Positions 9,552 to 19,460 of a stretch of 64,000 nt of DNA are shown here, in pieces (positions within the stretch are counted from its first letter, which is position 1; each line of letters begins with the position of its first letter). A model generated the notes under the pieces. That model was not told the origin of the DNA, searched no databases, and worked only from the letters and a program-made list of their open reading frames with translations. Position numbers and translations under genes: made by a program. Source of the stretch: Minisyncoccota bacterium. Lineage in GTDB: Bacteria; Patescibacteriota; Minisyncoccia; Phycocordibacterales; DATDWN01. The stretch spans positions 82,190-146,189 of the forward strand of contig JBAYWK010000001.1 in the NCBI GenBank assembly GCA_041674105.1, given 5' to 3'.

Positions 9552-12500
9552 TTAGTTTTTTAATAAATGACTTATATTTTCAAAAATATTAGTTTTTGAT
9601 GCTTTAAGTGCTCTCTCGTAAACATTATCAGAAGACCACCAAGAGCCTTCCACTCCTTCATCCAATAAAACCTGCGATCCTTTTTCTGTAATTATTCCAC
9701 TAGCAAAATGTTTGCCATTTAAATATAAATCTGTTTTACCAATTTCATTTGAGACATCTGTTACTGTTTGTATAACCCCTCCTTCAAAAGGAAGTTTGGC
9801 CGGTAAATAGCCTACATTTTTATACCCTTCTACCATCTTATCCATTGCTATATTGAATGCTTTTCTAACTTCTGTGTATACTTTACCCTCTTGGAGTTTA
9901 TCAGCTAAAGCCATAGGATATGCTCCTGGTTTAGGGTCTGAGATCTCTTCCGCTATAGCTTGATTATCATAAACTAGAACTTTTTTACCTTCTAAATCAG
10001 CCAAGCCCACAGTGTGGTTGTCTACGACAAGATTATCTAAAGAAGAAAAAGGTTTACCTCCTATTTCTATAATTTTTGTTTTAGTTTCTATATTTTCTGG
10101 AATATTTGAAATATTTTCCTGTGGAACATCTGGTATTTTGACTTTGCCAGAATCCATATCCACATCCATTGGAGCGGTCTTGCCAATGTATTCCCTTGGC
10201 ACAACTTCTCCTTCAGAATTTATTATCTTACCTTCAAATGAAGATACTTGACCTTTTTGTGAATCAAACAAAACATCTTTATTTCCGTTTAGATGCTCGT
10301 AACTTAAATTACCTTTACTATCTAAAGCCAAAGACTCCCCTTTTAGACCCGCCCCACTTAATTTGTGTTCTGGGTCATACATTCCAAACTCCTCAGCAAG
10401 TTTAGTTGATGGAGTTTCTACGAAGTGTTTTAGATTTTCTGGAACTTTGGCTACATTTCCATATTTTTCCAAAATCTTACCCTTCATTTCATCAAAAGTT
10501 TTTATAAAACCTTTTGATGAAAGCTCTACTTCAACAGTTTCTGGCTTTGCCACTTCAGAAATATTTACTTTTGGAGGTACACTCTCGGCTTGAATAGAAG
10601 GTTTTGAAGTTGGCACATTTTCTGCAGAAACTTTGGCTCCTCCCGCACTAATACTTTCAATAGAATGAAGTAAGGCTCCTGAAGCGACACTTGTTCCTAT
10701 ACCTGCACCCACCATAGCACCCGCTTTCCACAATAATTGTCTTTTCTTTTTGTCTTTTTCACTCTCATAAAAATCTCTGGCTTGTTTTTCTTTTTCAGCA
10801 AAATTATCTTCTGATATATCAGTACCATACTTATTTAAAAATCCTTCTTTTAATTTAGTATTATTTTTATCAAATTTATTTTGCAAAGCCCTACCTGCAA
10901 ATTGAGAAGTTGCTGCTCCCGCTGCTGCCCTCGCAACCCTATATCCTCCATAAGCAGCTACCCCAGCTAAAGGAAGTGCACCAAAAGCAAATGCTCCTGC
11001 TGTAACCAAAGTTGAGGATAGAGCTATTCTTGTAGCTGGATGTAATTTTTGCCATTTTTCCAGAGTTTTAGATAAAATTCCCTTCTCCAAAGGAGGCCTG
11101 CCAGATTCCATTACTTTATTGAATTTATCCATCTCTTGCTCTAAGGCTTTAACCAAATCTTCATTAAAAGAATATTCTCTTGTTTCAGCCGTAATAGCGC
11201 CAGTTAAAATAACTTCTTCTTTTTTTAAACCCTTAGCAAACAAATATCTAGATTTCTCTTTTTTTGCTTCTATATATACTCTCTCTAAACCTTTTAGTTC
11301 TTCTGGAATCTCATCTGATTTTGGCATTTGTTTTTCTACACCCAAATCAAACATTGCTTTAGCAAAAACATTTTTCTTCTGCCTGTGTTTATTCAAGAAT
11401 TCTTTCTTAGCAGAAGCATAATCCTCACGAGCTTTATCCAAGTTTATATCTATTTGTTCAGCTTTTTTAAAAAGTTCTTCAAAGTCATCTACTTCTGTTT
11501 TTTTAGAATTTTCCGGAATAAAAGGAGGAGCTATAATAGTTTCAGCTTTTATATCCAAAATTTGAGGTTCTTTTTGTGCAGGTTTTTCCTGCGGAGGTTT
11601 GGGAGATATAACCTCAGTTGGATTAACAGCCGGTATTTCATCTCTAGCACTTTTATCATTAATATCCTCTTTTGGTGTATAAAATTGGCCAACTTTATCT
11701 AAATCAATCTTTTCTTGCTCCTCCTTTGATATATCTACCACAGGGTATACTCCCCTATCATATAAAGGATCAAACTCTCTTGTACTCTCTTTTGTTTCTT
11801 CGTCTATAACAAAAGATCTTCTTGATTCTCTAGTTTCTTCATCGGGTAAGACTGGGATTTCAAATTGAGAAAGTTTGTTCAACTCTTCATTTTCTTTCAA
11901 GCCAGCAAGGTGATACATCAAATCTTTTTGATCGATATCTATTATTTTTAAATTAAAAGCATCATTTATTTCAGATCTAATCTCATTAAAAGATCTGGCA
12001 AAATCAATACCTTTATGTAGAGGAATAATACTCTCGGATTTTGGTAGACTTTTTTCAATATAATCGAAAAGATAGTTTTTTACTTCACCTAAACTCTTTT
12101 CTTTTGATTCTCTTTGATTGTTCAAAATATCAAAGGAAGGCTCTTTTTTTTCTTGCTCCTCCTTTGATATATCTACCACAGGGTATACTCCCCTATCATG
12201 TAAAGGATCAAACTCTCTTGTACTCTCTTTTGTTTCTTCGTCTATAACAAAAGATCTTCTTGATTCTCTAGTTTCTTCATCGGGTAAGACTGGGATTTCA
12301 AATTGTTGTAACTTTTCAGAATTAAACTCCTTTTTTTGTTCTGCGTATTTTTCATTAGACTCTTTTTCAATATCCTTAACTGTTTTTATAAAAGAATTAT
12401 CTAGCTCTGATTCTGACTCCACTTTTTTTACTGTGAATAAGGGTAAGGGGGAGCTCAATTCTTCAACTATTACATAATCACCTGCTATCTTTTTAACAGT

Positions 12501-13022
12501 GTAAACTTTATTGCTTACTGTCCAAACAACTTTGTCTCCTTTATTAAAATCTAATTTTTCTTCTTCAATTTTAGAAATAGGAATCTTCACCCCTTCTTCT
12601 AAAGGCAACCCCAGGATAGACATCATCTCTCTTTTTTGCTCCTTAGACACAAAGTCAGCCGAGAGGCTGTCTATAAACTTCTCTGCCCCTTCCCTATCTT
12701 TGATATACTGAGCATCAAAAACTAAATATTTTTTATAAGGATTTTCTGGCAGTTTTATTTGTAAATAATTTTTTAGTTCCTTTATAGAACCATCATTTAT
12801 CTCATTATTCTCCACTCTGGTATGCTCGGCAAGTGAGTTCATAGAAAGGTGATGAACATCTTCTTCTTCCACAACAAGTTCTATATCTGAAGGATTTTTA
12901 AATTTTGGGCCATCATACATAGTTTCTATTCTTTCAAGAGAATTCTTTTCAGAAGTTTCTTCTGGAGCGAGTTTAATATCTTCTGTTAGTTTATTATCAA
13001 ATTGTGACGAAAACCTAGGCAT
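9552..13022 (-). CDS. Large hypothetical protein (1156 aa) with internal duplication and Gly/Ala-rich hydrophobic helices
   Basis: Long ORF; 52-aa repeat; KOW-like segment FNKGDKVVW; hydrophobic segments near aa 670-710 and 770-790. Confidence 0.85.
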   Translation of the reverse strand: MPRFSSQFDNKLTEDIKLAPEETSEKNSLERIETMYDGPKFKNPSDIELVVEEEDVHHLSMNSLAEHTRVENNEINDGSIKELKNYLQIKLPENPYKKYLVFDAQYIKDREGAEKFIDSLSADFVSKEQKREMMSILGLPLEEGVKIPISKIEEEKLDFNKGDKVVWTVSNKVYTVKKIAGDYVIVEELSSPLPLFTVKKVESESELDNSFIKTVKDIEKESNEKYAEQKKEFNSEKLQQFEIPVLPDEETRESRRSFVIDEETKESTREFDPLHDRGVYPVVDISKEEQEKKEPSFDILNNQRESKEKSLGEVKNYLFDYIEKSLPKSESIIPLHKGIDFARSFNEIRSEINDAFNLKIIDIDQKDLMYHLAGLKENEELNKLSQFEIPVLPDEETRESRRSFVIDEETKESTREFDPLYDRGVYPVVDISKEEQEKIDLDKVGQFYTPKEDINDKSARDEIPAVNPTEVISPKPPQEKPAQKEPQILDIKAETIIAPPFIPENSKKTEVDDFEELFKKAEQIDINLDKAREDYASAKKEFLNKHRQKKNVFAKAMFDLGVEKQMPKSDEIPEELKGLERVYIEAKKEKSRYLFAKGLKKEEVILTGAITAETREYSFNEDLVKALEQEMDKFNKVMESGRPPLEKGILSKTLEKWQKLHPATRIALSSTLVTAGAFAFGALPLAGVAAYGGYRVARAAAGAATSQFAGRALQNKFDKNNTKLKEGFLNKYGTDISEDNFAEKEKQARDFYESEKDKKKRQLLWKAGAMVGAGIGTSVASGALLHSIESISAGGAKVSAENVPTSKPSIQAESVPPKVNISEVAKPETVEVELSSKGFIKTFDEMKGKILEKYGNVAKVPENLKHFVETPSTKLAEEFGMYDPEHKLSGAGLKGESLALDSKGNLSYEHLNGNKDVLFDSQKGQVSSFEGKIINSEGEVVPREYIGKTAPMDVDMDSGKVKIPDVPQENISNIPENIETKTKIIEIGGKPFSSLDNLVVDNHTVGLADLEGKKVLVYDNQAIAEEISDPKPGAYPMALADKLQEGKVYTEVRKAFNIAMDKMVEGYKNVGYLPAKLPFEGGVIQTVTDVSNEIGKTDLYLNGKHFASGIITEKGSQVLLDEGVEGSWWSSDNVYERALKASKTNIFENISHLLKN
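11710..12305. repeat. 158-bp direct repeat (11710-11867 and 12148-12305) within the CDS
   Basis: One visible mismatch (Tyr/His codon); offset 438 bp, in frame. Confidence 0.92.
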
Positions 13023-13060
13023 ATATACCTAATATAATATCTTCTTTAAACCTATTAAGC

Positions 13061-13097
13061 AATAAAAAATCTCCACTTTTAGTGGAGATTTTTTATT
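13061..13097. terminator. Terminator after fusA
   Basis: AATAAAAAATCTCCACT-TTT-AGTGGAGATTTTTTATT. Confidence 0.8.
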
Positions 13098-13098
13098 A

Positions 13099-15240
13099 TT
13101 AACTTCTAGATTCTATAATCTGTTTTTCAATATTTGGTGGAACCACCTCGTAGTGATCAAAATGCATAGTGACAGACCCTCTTCCCTGAGTCATAGAGCG
13201 AATGTCTGTAGTATATCCAAACATTTCTGATAGAGGAACTTTTGCATGAATAACTCTAAGCTGGCCTCTTTCATCCATACCTTCTATCTGACCTCTCTTT
13301 CCTGAAAGTGAACCTGTTACATCTCCCATAAACTGCTCTGGCATTATAGCCTCTACTTTCATAATAGGTTCTAGAATAACAGGTCTAGCTTTTTTAGCGG
13401 CCTCTTGAAATGCTTGAGAAGCAGCAATCTTGTAAGCAATTTCAGATGAGTCCACATCATGATAAGAACCGAAAGTAAGCTCACAAGAAATATTTACCAT
13501 TTTGTAACCAGCTACAATACCTCTATCCATCGCTTCTTTAACTCCTTTTTCTACAGCAGGTATAAACTCCTGAGGAATAACTCCTCCTTTTATAGAATCT
13601 ATAAACTCAAAGTCATCATAACGACTAACATTTTTGGGTATTTTCGCTCCTTCAGGCAAATCTTCCATTCTCTTTATAGAAAGTTTTACGTGACCATACT
13701 GACCTTTACCTCCAGTTTGTTTAATATATTTATGTTCAGCTTCAGCACTTCCCAAAATAGTTTCTCTGTAAGCTACCTGAGGCTTACCAACATTTGCTTC
13801 CACAGTAAACTCTCTTTTCATTCTATCTATCATAATCTCTAGATGTAGCTCACCCATACCTGAAATGATAGTCTCTCCTGTCTCACTATCAGAAGACACT
13901 CTGAAAGTAGGATCTTCGTCTGAAAGTTTTTTTAGCGCCATACCCATTTTTTCCTGATCGGCTTTTGTTTTTGGTTCTATTCTCAGAGAAACAACTGGTT
14001 CGGCAAACTTAATAGGATCTAGAATGATAGGATTGTTTTCGTCACAGAAAGTGTGGGAAGTTTTTGCATTTTTAAGCCCAACAGCAGCTGCAATCTCTCC
14101 AGCAAAAACTTTTTTTACTTCTTCTCTATCATTAGCTTGAAGTCTGACAATACGTCCAAGTCTTTCTTTTTCTCCTGTGGTTGCATTATATATATATGAA
14201 CCAGACTCTATTGTTCCAGAATAAACTCTAAAGAAAGTAAGCTGACCAACGAAAGGATCTGTCTGTAATTTGAAAGCCAAAGCAGCAAAAGGTTCTGAAT
14301 CAGAAGCTTTTCTTTCTATTTCCTCTCCTGTGACAGGGTCGTGACCTTTTACTGGTGGAATATCTAGAGGAGAAGGAAGATAATCTATAACAGCGTCTAA
14401 TATAAGTTGAACTCCTTTATTTTTCAAAGCTGTTCCTGTAAAAACTGGGAAAAAATTATTTTCTATAGTAGCTTTTCTGATAACTTTCTTCATTGCCTCT
14501 ATCCCTGGTTCTACCCCATCTAAATACGCAGACATCATTTCGTCATCATACTCAACCACCTTCTCAACAAGTTCTGCTCTATATTTTTTGGCATCTTCTA
14601 AATAAGCTTCTGGTATATCTTTTTCCTTAATCTCAACACCCATAGGACCTTCAAAATAATAAGCTTTCATTTTCAAAAGATCTATAACAGCTTCAAAGTT
14701 AGCTTCCTCACCAATAGGAATTTGCATCCTAACTGCATTTTTATTTAATCTTTCCAAAATAGACTGGTAAGATCTTTCAAAAGATCCTCCCGTTCTATCT
14801 AGTTTATTTATAAAACAAAGTCTAGGAACATGATATTTGTCTGCTTGTCTCCAAACTGTTTCTGATTGAGGCTCCACTCCAGCAACACCATCAAATACCA
14901 CAACTCCACCATCCAAAACTTTTAGAGATCTTTCAACCTCTACAGTAAAGTCCACGTGACCCGGTGTATCAATAATATTGAATCTATGTCTCAAAGAAAT
15001 ATCTGCTCCCATATATGTAGGGTTCCAAAAACATGTGATAGCGGCGGCAGTTATGGTGATACCTCTCTCTCTTTCCTGTTCCATCCAGTCTGTCACGGCG
15101 GCTCCATCGTGTACTTCACCAATCTTGTGTGACATACCTGTATAGTACAAAATACGCTCTGAAGTTGTTGTTTTACCGGCATCAATGTGAGCAATGATAC
15201 CAAAGTTTCTAACTCTATCTAATGGATAATCTCTGTTCAT
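13099..15240 (-). CDS. fusA: Elongation factor G
   Basis: [32 protein letters not shown]. Confidence 0.99.
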   Translation of the reverse strand: MNRDYPLDRVRNFGIIAHIDAGKTTTSERILYYTGMSHKIGEVHDGAAVTDWMEQERERGITITAAAITCFWNPTYMGADISLRHRFNIIDTPGHVDFTVEVERSLKVLDGGVVVFDGVAGVEPQSETVWRQADKYHVPRLCFINKLDRTGGSFERSYQSILERLNKNAVRMQIPIGEEANFEAVIDLLKMKAYYFEGPMGVEIKEKDIPEAYLEDAKKYRAELVEKVVEYDDEMMSAYLDGVEPGIEAMKKVIRKATIENNFFPVFTGTALKNKGVQLILDAVIDYLPSPLDIPPVKGHDPVTGEEIERKASDSEPFAALAFKLQTDPFVGQLTFFRVYSGTIESGSYIYNATTGEKERLGRIVRLQANDREEVKKVFAGEIAAAVGLKNAKTSHTFCDENNPIILDPIKFAEPVVSLRIEPKTKADQEKMGMALKKLSDEDPTFRVSSDSETGETIISGMGELHLEIMIDRMKREFTVEANVGKPQVAYRETILGSAEAEHKYIKQTGGKGQYGHVKLSIKRMEDLPEGAKIPKNVSRYDDFEFIDSIKGGVIPQEFIPAVEKGVKEAMDRGIVAGYKMVNISCELTFGSYHDVDSSEIAYKIAASQAFQEAAKKARPVILEPIMKVEAIMPEQFMGDVTGSLSGKRGQIEGMDERGQLRVIHAKVPLSEMFGYTTDIRSMTQGRGSVTMHFDHYEVVPPNIEKQIIESRS

Positions 15241-15402
15241 AAAATTAAGCAGACAAATAATAATAAATAAAAATTCAGCTCAAAAAAGATTTGTTCCGAA
15301 TACCCCACACTATATACTAAAATGTATTTTGGGGCAATATAGTTTTTGACTACGTTATTGACTTCTGGTCAAATCTAAGTAGTCTTTATTTTGGAGGAGT
15401 TT

Positions 15403-15714
15403 ATGACACTAAAAAAAAGTGCACTGTCGGAGTATGGGCATCTGAGCCCGTGGGAGTTTTTTACAAAAGAAAGGCTTTTAAGGCAAACCAGTAATACTAG
15501 AAGTATCGGGCAGATGATAGCACTGCTTGGCACAAACACAGGCAGACTTGGTATAAAACCTTTTTATTTTATTTGTCAGTGCAGAGGTATCTGCACAATA
15601 AAAGATATTATTGATTACATAAAAAAAGGAAAAAATCTTAGTAGTCTTCCGGGGATGGGCAGAAAGACAGCCAAAGTTTTCATGTCTATCCTATACGAGG
15701 AAGGACTTTTATAA
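15403..15714 (+). CDS. Hypothetical protein with C-terminal RNAP alpha-CTD/HhH-like motif
   Basis: SD GGAGGAG before ATG 15403; GICTIKDII...LSSLPGMGRKT; own terminator at 15722-15750. Confidence 0.6.
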   Translation: MTLKKSALSEYGHLSPWEFFTKERLLRQTSNTRSIGQMIALLGTNTGRLGIKPFYFICQCRGICTIKDIIDYIKKGKNLSSLPGMGRKTAKVFMSILYEEGLL

Positions 15715-15800
15715 AGACACCAAAAAGGACTGGTTTACCCAGTCCTTTTTTAATTTCGTTTGTTTTTGTTTTAATTCAAGGCACGAAGTTTTGTTTATTA

Positions 15801-15907
15801 GGATTTTTGAAAAATTTCTAGGCTAATATGAGCATTGTGACCAAGGTGTATAAAAATACTCCGCGGGAATAAGCGAAGTATTCAACAAAGAAATTTTTCA
15901 AAAAGAC
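15801..15907. repeat. Intergenic repeat family A, copy 2 (preceded by a left-arm fragment at 15763-15797)
   Basis: Same ends and identical 31-nt core as 7308-7415. Confidence 0.8.
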
Positions 15908-15914
15908 AATAGAC

Positions 15915-16385
15915 TTACCAAGCAAGATGAGCAAAAGCCTTATTAGCCTCAGCCATTTTGTGAGTATTTTCTCTCTTCTTTACAGCTTCACCTTCACCTT
16001 TTGAGGCTAGCATTATTTCTTCAGCAAGTTTTTCAGCCATTTCTACTCCTTTTCTTGCTCTAGCAGCATCAACTATCCATTTCATAGAAAGGTAGTTTCT
16101 TCTCTCTGGTCTAACTTCTCGAGGAATTTGGTAATTTGCACCTCCGACTCTTCTAGATCTTACCTCCATAACAGGTCCTGTATTTTTCAAAGCTGTATCA
16201 AAAATCTCCATTACATCCTCTACCTTTGCTTTTTCTTTTAATTTATCAAAAGATTTGTAAACTATTTTTCTAGCAGTTTCTTTTTGACCTCCAATCATTA
16301 CATAGTTAACGAACTTGGAAACTTTGTCCGAGTTGTAGATATGATCTGGTTTTACTATATTTCTATTTGTTACTTTTCTTCGCAT
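15915..16385 (-). CDS. rpsG: 30S ribosomal protein S7
   Basis: EVRSRRVGGANYQIP, HKMAEANKAFAH. Confidence 0.99.
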   Translation of the reverse strand: MRRKVTNRNIVKPDHIYNSDKVSKFVNYVMIGGQKETARKIVYKSFDKLKEKAKVEDVMEIFDTALKNTGPVMEVRSRRVGGANYQIPREVRPERRNYLSMKWIVDAARARKGVEMAEKLAEEIMLASKGEGEAVKKRENTHKMAEANKAFAHLAW

Positions 16386-16390
16386 ATATA

Positions 16391-16807
16391 TTATTTAGAA
16401 GCTTTAGCTTTTTTAGTACCGTATTTGCTACGACCTTTTTTTCTTTTATCTACTCCTGTAGCATCAAGCAATCCTCTGACCACTGTATATCTAAGACCGA
16501 CATCTCTTACTTTACCCCCTCTCAAAACTACCACTGAGTGCTCTTGAAGTGTGTGTCCCATTCCTGGAATATAAGCAGTCACTTCATAACCATTGTTTAG
16601 TCTTACTCTAGCGATTTTTCTAATAGCTGAGTTTGGCTTCTTTGGAGTTTTTGTTGTAACTTTTGTACAAACGCCTCTTTTGAAAGGAGATGAATAACGA
16701 ACAGGTCTATTTTTAATACTATTAAAACCACGAGTCAAAGCCACAGAATGTGGCTTTGCTTTTGCTTTACTCCTCTTTCTTTTTATTAACTGATTGATTG
16801 TTGACAT
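16391..16807 (-). CDS. rpsL: 30S ribosomal protein S12
   Basis: [25 protein letters not shown]. Confidence 0.99.
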   Translation of the reverse strand: MSTINQLIKRKRSKAKAKPHSVALTRGFNSIKNRPVRYSSPFKRGVCTKVTTKTPKKPNSAIRKIARVRLNNGYEVTAYIPGMGHTLQEHSVVVLRGGKVRDVGLRYTVVRGLLDATGVDKRKKGRSKYGTKKAKASK

Positions 16808-16894
16808 TGGACAATACTCTAATATGTTTTAAAAAAAAATGCAAGCTAGTGCTTGCAAATAAAAGGGCTCGCAACCCATAAAAGACTTTAGTAA

Positions 16895-17089
16895 AATAAA
16901 AAACCGGTACTTTATAAGAGTACCGGTTAACTGCTTGCAGGATTTTGCCGTACACTCTCTCTCACCTGGTTTTTGTTGAGAGAGTGTTGTGGTCATCTGC
17001 TGACCACTCAAGGATTTGTGGGGGCAGGTAATCCAATCAAAGCCCCCAGGCGCATGCGCGAAAACGGCGACGCCCTTCCTCGATATCTA
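16895..17089 (-). ncRNA. Candidate structured ncRNA or leader (~190 nt) upstream of rpsL
   Basis: GC-rich multi-hairpin island; TTGACA-17-TAGGAT promoter; intrinsic terminator at about 16895-16930. Confidence 0.6.
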
Positions 17090-17156
17090 CACTATATCCT
17101 AGCATACTATGAAAAATTTGTCAAATGGAATTTAACGAATACCAAAAAACCTATAT

Positions 17157-17771
17157 TTATAGCCCTGTTCCAGTAATGAAAGAAAATAGAAAATAAACTA
17201 CAGGGATCATAAACTGCCACAGAAAAAATACAAAGAAAAGAAGAACGAAAATACCATTTCTCTCCAAAAAATTTCTTACAGAAACCATATTACGAGGAAG
17301 TAGGGAAAACAAAATTTTTGAACCATCCAAAGGAGGAATGGGGATTAGATTAAAAACAGCCAATATAAGGTTTATAAAAACAATAATAGTAGCGATAAAA
17401 ACAAAACCACTACCTAGAGAAGCCAGTATTCCAAACCTCAGGAGAAGACCAAATACTAAAGCCAGAGATATGTTTGAAAGAGGTCCAGCAAAAGCCACTA
17501 TGGCCTCTCCCCACTTCTGATTTCTTAAATTATAGGGATTGAAAGGTACAGGTTTTGCCCATCCTATTATAAAACCACCGAAAAGATAGGAAATAGTTGG
17601 TAGTATTATAGAACCAAATAAGTCCAAGTGAACTAAAGGGTTTAGAGAAAGTCTACCTTGAAACTTGGCTGTGTTGTCCCCCTGTAAATACGCAGCATAA
17701 CCATGAGAAACCTCATGAATAATAACTGAGAATATGAGTACGGCTATTTGAAATATAAATTGTGTGTCCAT
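17157..17771 (-). CDS. Site-2 protease family (M50) membrane metalloprotease
   Basis: HEVSH and NLIPIPPLDG motifs; hydrophobic. Confidence 0.95.
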   Translation of the reverse strand: MDTQFIFQIAVLIFSVIIHEVSHGYAAYLQGDNTAKFQGRLSLNPLVHLDLFGSIILPTISYLFGGFIIGWAKPVPFNPYNLRNQKWGEAIVAFAGPLSNISLALVFGLLLRFGILASLGSGFVFIATIIVFINLILAVFNLIPIPPLDGSKILFSLLPRNMVSVRNFLERNGIFVLLFFVFFLWQFMIPVVYFLFSFITGTGL

Positions 17772-17790
17772 ATTTTTATTAAAACACCTC

Positions 17791-17914
17791 TTAAAATCTC
17801 TTTCTCAGCAACATAATTTTAGGGCACACCATAAGTCTTGTTAGACTTTGGCTCAATCTCGCGCCGTCGCGCTCCGAAGTCCCTAAAATTATAATGAGAG
17901 AGCGGAGTTTTTTA
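17791..17914 (-). repeat. Palindromic intergenic repeat family C, copy 1
   Basis: Reverse complement of 24393-24468 core, with compensatory stem changes. Confidence 0.85.
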
Positions 17915-18039
17915 ACAAAACCACATCGAGTGTATATGTTTTCTGAAACATTGCGAGCGCGACGGCACGAACACGAGGAATTTTTCAGTAGAAAAATATC
18001 CGTTTTCAGAAAACATATACCGAGATGGGGATTTTGTTA
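17913..18039 (+). repeat. Palindromic intergenic element related to family C
   Basis: GTATATGTTTTCTGAAA/TTTCAGAAAACATATAC stem; shares GAGCGCGACGGCRCGA; TA at both ends. Confidence 0.7.
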
Positions 18040-18121
18040 TATTAAAAAGCTAAGACGGTTTGAAAATATAAGTACAAAATTGTTTGCTTTTTATAACACT
18101 TATGGTAACATACTTATCACT

Positions 18122-18364
18122 ATGGCAAAAACATGTCCAATAACAAATAAGGGGTCAAAAATGGGAGGTGGCTACTCGAACAGAACTCGTGCCACTCAAT
18201 TTAACCCTACAGGAATGAAAAGAAAATATCCAAATCTTCAAAAAAAGAAGATTTTTATACCTGAGCTAAACAAAAGTATCTCTCTTGAACTTTCTACAAA
18301 AGCGATCAAGACAATCCAAAAAAACGGAGCCTACGCCACACTAAAAAAAGCAAAACTAATTTAA
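18122..18364 (+). CDS. rpmB: 50S ribosomal protein L28
   Basis: MAKTCPITNKG...RKYPNLQKKKIFIPE..LSTKAIKTIQKNG; start at ATG 18122. Confidence 0.92.
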   Translation: MAKTCPITNKGSKMGGGYSNRTRATQFNPTGMKRKYPNLQKKKIFIPELNKSISLELSTKAIKTIQKNGAYATLKKAKLI

Positions 18365-18401
18365 AAAAATAACCGACAGAAATATCTGTCGGTTATTTTT
18401 T
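18364..18401. terminator. Bidirectional terminator after rpmB
   Basis: AAAAAAATAACCGACAGA-AATA-TCTGTCGGTTATTTTTTT. Confidence 0.85.
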
Positions 18402-18452
18402 TAATTGTTTATAAATAGTAGAAAACAAAAACTCCCAATCCTTTACACATAT

Positions 18453-18481
18453 ATTATAGCAAATCTGAACACATTTGTCAA
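18453..18481 (-). promoter_or_regulatory. Perfect sigma70 consensus promoter with extended -10 and no downstream gene
   Basis: TTGACA-17-TATAAT with TG at the extended position. Confidence 0.6.
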
Positions 18482-18521
18482 ATAAAACATTGCATTTTCT
18501 ATATTAAGGTTAGAAATAAGC

Positions 18522-19394
18522 TTACTTTACCAAACGCAAATTATTACCATCAGAAATGAAAGTTATGGTTCCTAATTCATAAGTAGCCAGTATTTCTGTC
18601 TTATATTTTTCCAAAATATCCAACACTTCTTTATGTGGATGCCCATATCTACTATTTTTTTCTGCTGAAATAATCGTATACTCTGGAGAAACAGCTGATA
18701 CAAACAAATCCGAAGAACTTGTCCTAGATCCATGATGTCCGGCTTTTAAAATATCACTGTCTAGACCTCCCTTGTCTAAAGAAATAAGATAATTTTCAAT
18801 ACTCTGTGGAGAATCACCTGTCAGCATTACAGAAGTATTTCCATACACAAGCTTGGAAACAATAGAACCATCATTTGAATTTAAACCTGAAATATCTCTG
18901 TCCGGAAAAAGAATCTCTATATATGCCCCTCCACCGATATCTACTATCTGACCTCTTCTAGCTAAAACTTTTGGAATTTTTTTGTCAGCGATCTTCTTTT
19001 CCAAAAAAGTGTACGATTGTGTTTCGGAAGATGCACCTGCCTCAATGACAACCTTTACACTATATTTGTCGAGTAATGAAGCAAACCCTTCATAGTGGTC
19101 TTTGTCTGGGTGGGTAATAATAATGGCGTCCAAACTCCTATCATACCAAGGTATTTGTTTTGATATTTCTCTCATTATAAATTTATTTGGACCTCCATCT
19201 ATTACAACCTGAACACCTGTTGGAGATTCTATAAAAATGGAATCTCCTTGTTCTACATTCAAAAAAGACACAGTTAAAAACCCTTCTCTGTTTTCATTTA
19301 CGGCTACATACCAAAGAAAAAAGCTGATAAAAACTAAAAAAATAAGTAAATACCATTTTAGGCCACGAAATATTTGGAGGGTTCTATCTTTCAT
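18522..19394 (-). CDS. ComEC-type metallo-beta-lactamase-fold domain protein (stand-alone)
   Basis: NVEQGDS, IDGG, THPDKDH, LTGD, KAGHHGSRTSS, YGHPH. Confidence 0.92.
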   Translation of the reverse strand: MKDRTLQIFRGLKWYLLIFLVFISFFLWYVAVNENREGFLTVSFLNVEQGDSIFIESPTGVQVVIDGGPNKFIMREISKQIPWYDRSLDAIIITHPDKDHYEGFASLLDKYSVKVVIEAGASSETQSYTFLEKKIADKKIPKVLARRGQIVDIGGGAYIEILFPDRDISGLNSNDGSIVSKLVYGNTSVMLTGDSPQSIENYLISLDKGGLDSDILKAGHHGSRTSSSDLFVSAVSPEYTIISAEKNSRYGHPHKEVLDILEKYKTEILATYELGTITFISDGNNLRLVK

Positions 19395-19460
19395 ATGTTA
19401 TATTATATAGACAATTTATCATTTAGATAAGACTGTATTACAAGTTTAACCTAAAAAAAT

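Noticed and set aside
16895-17089. Assignment as SRP RNA, tmRNA, RNase P RNA or cobalamin riboswitch
   Set aside because: Diagnostic motifs (SRP domain IV, tRNA-like ends, GAGGAAAGUCC, B12 box) were not found by eye; left unassigned
16767-18121. ORFs 16767-16955, 16829-17011, 16973-17176 and the long N-terminal extension of L28 from 17894
   Set aside because: They run through structured RNA or palindromic repeats and lack protein-like features; L28 homology starts at 18122
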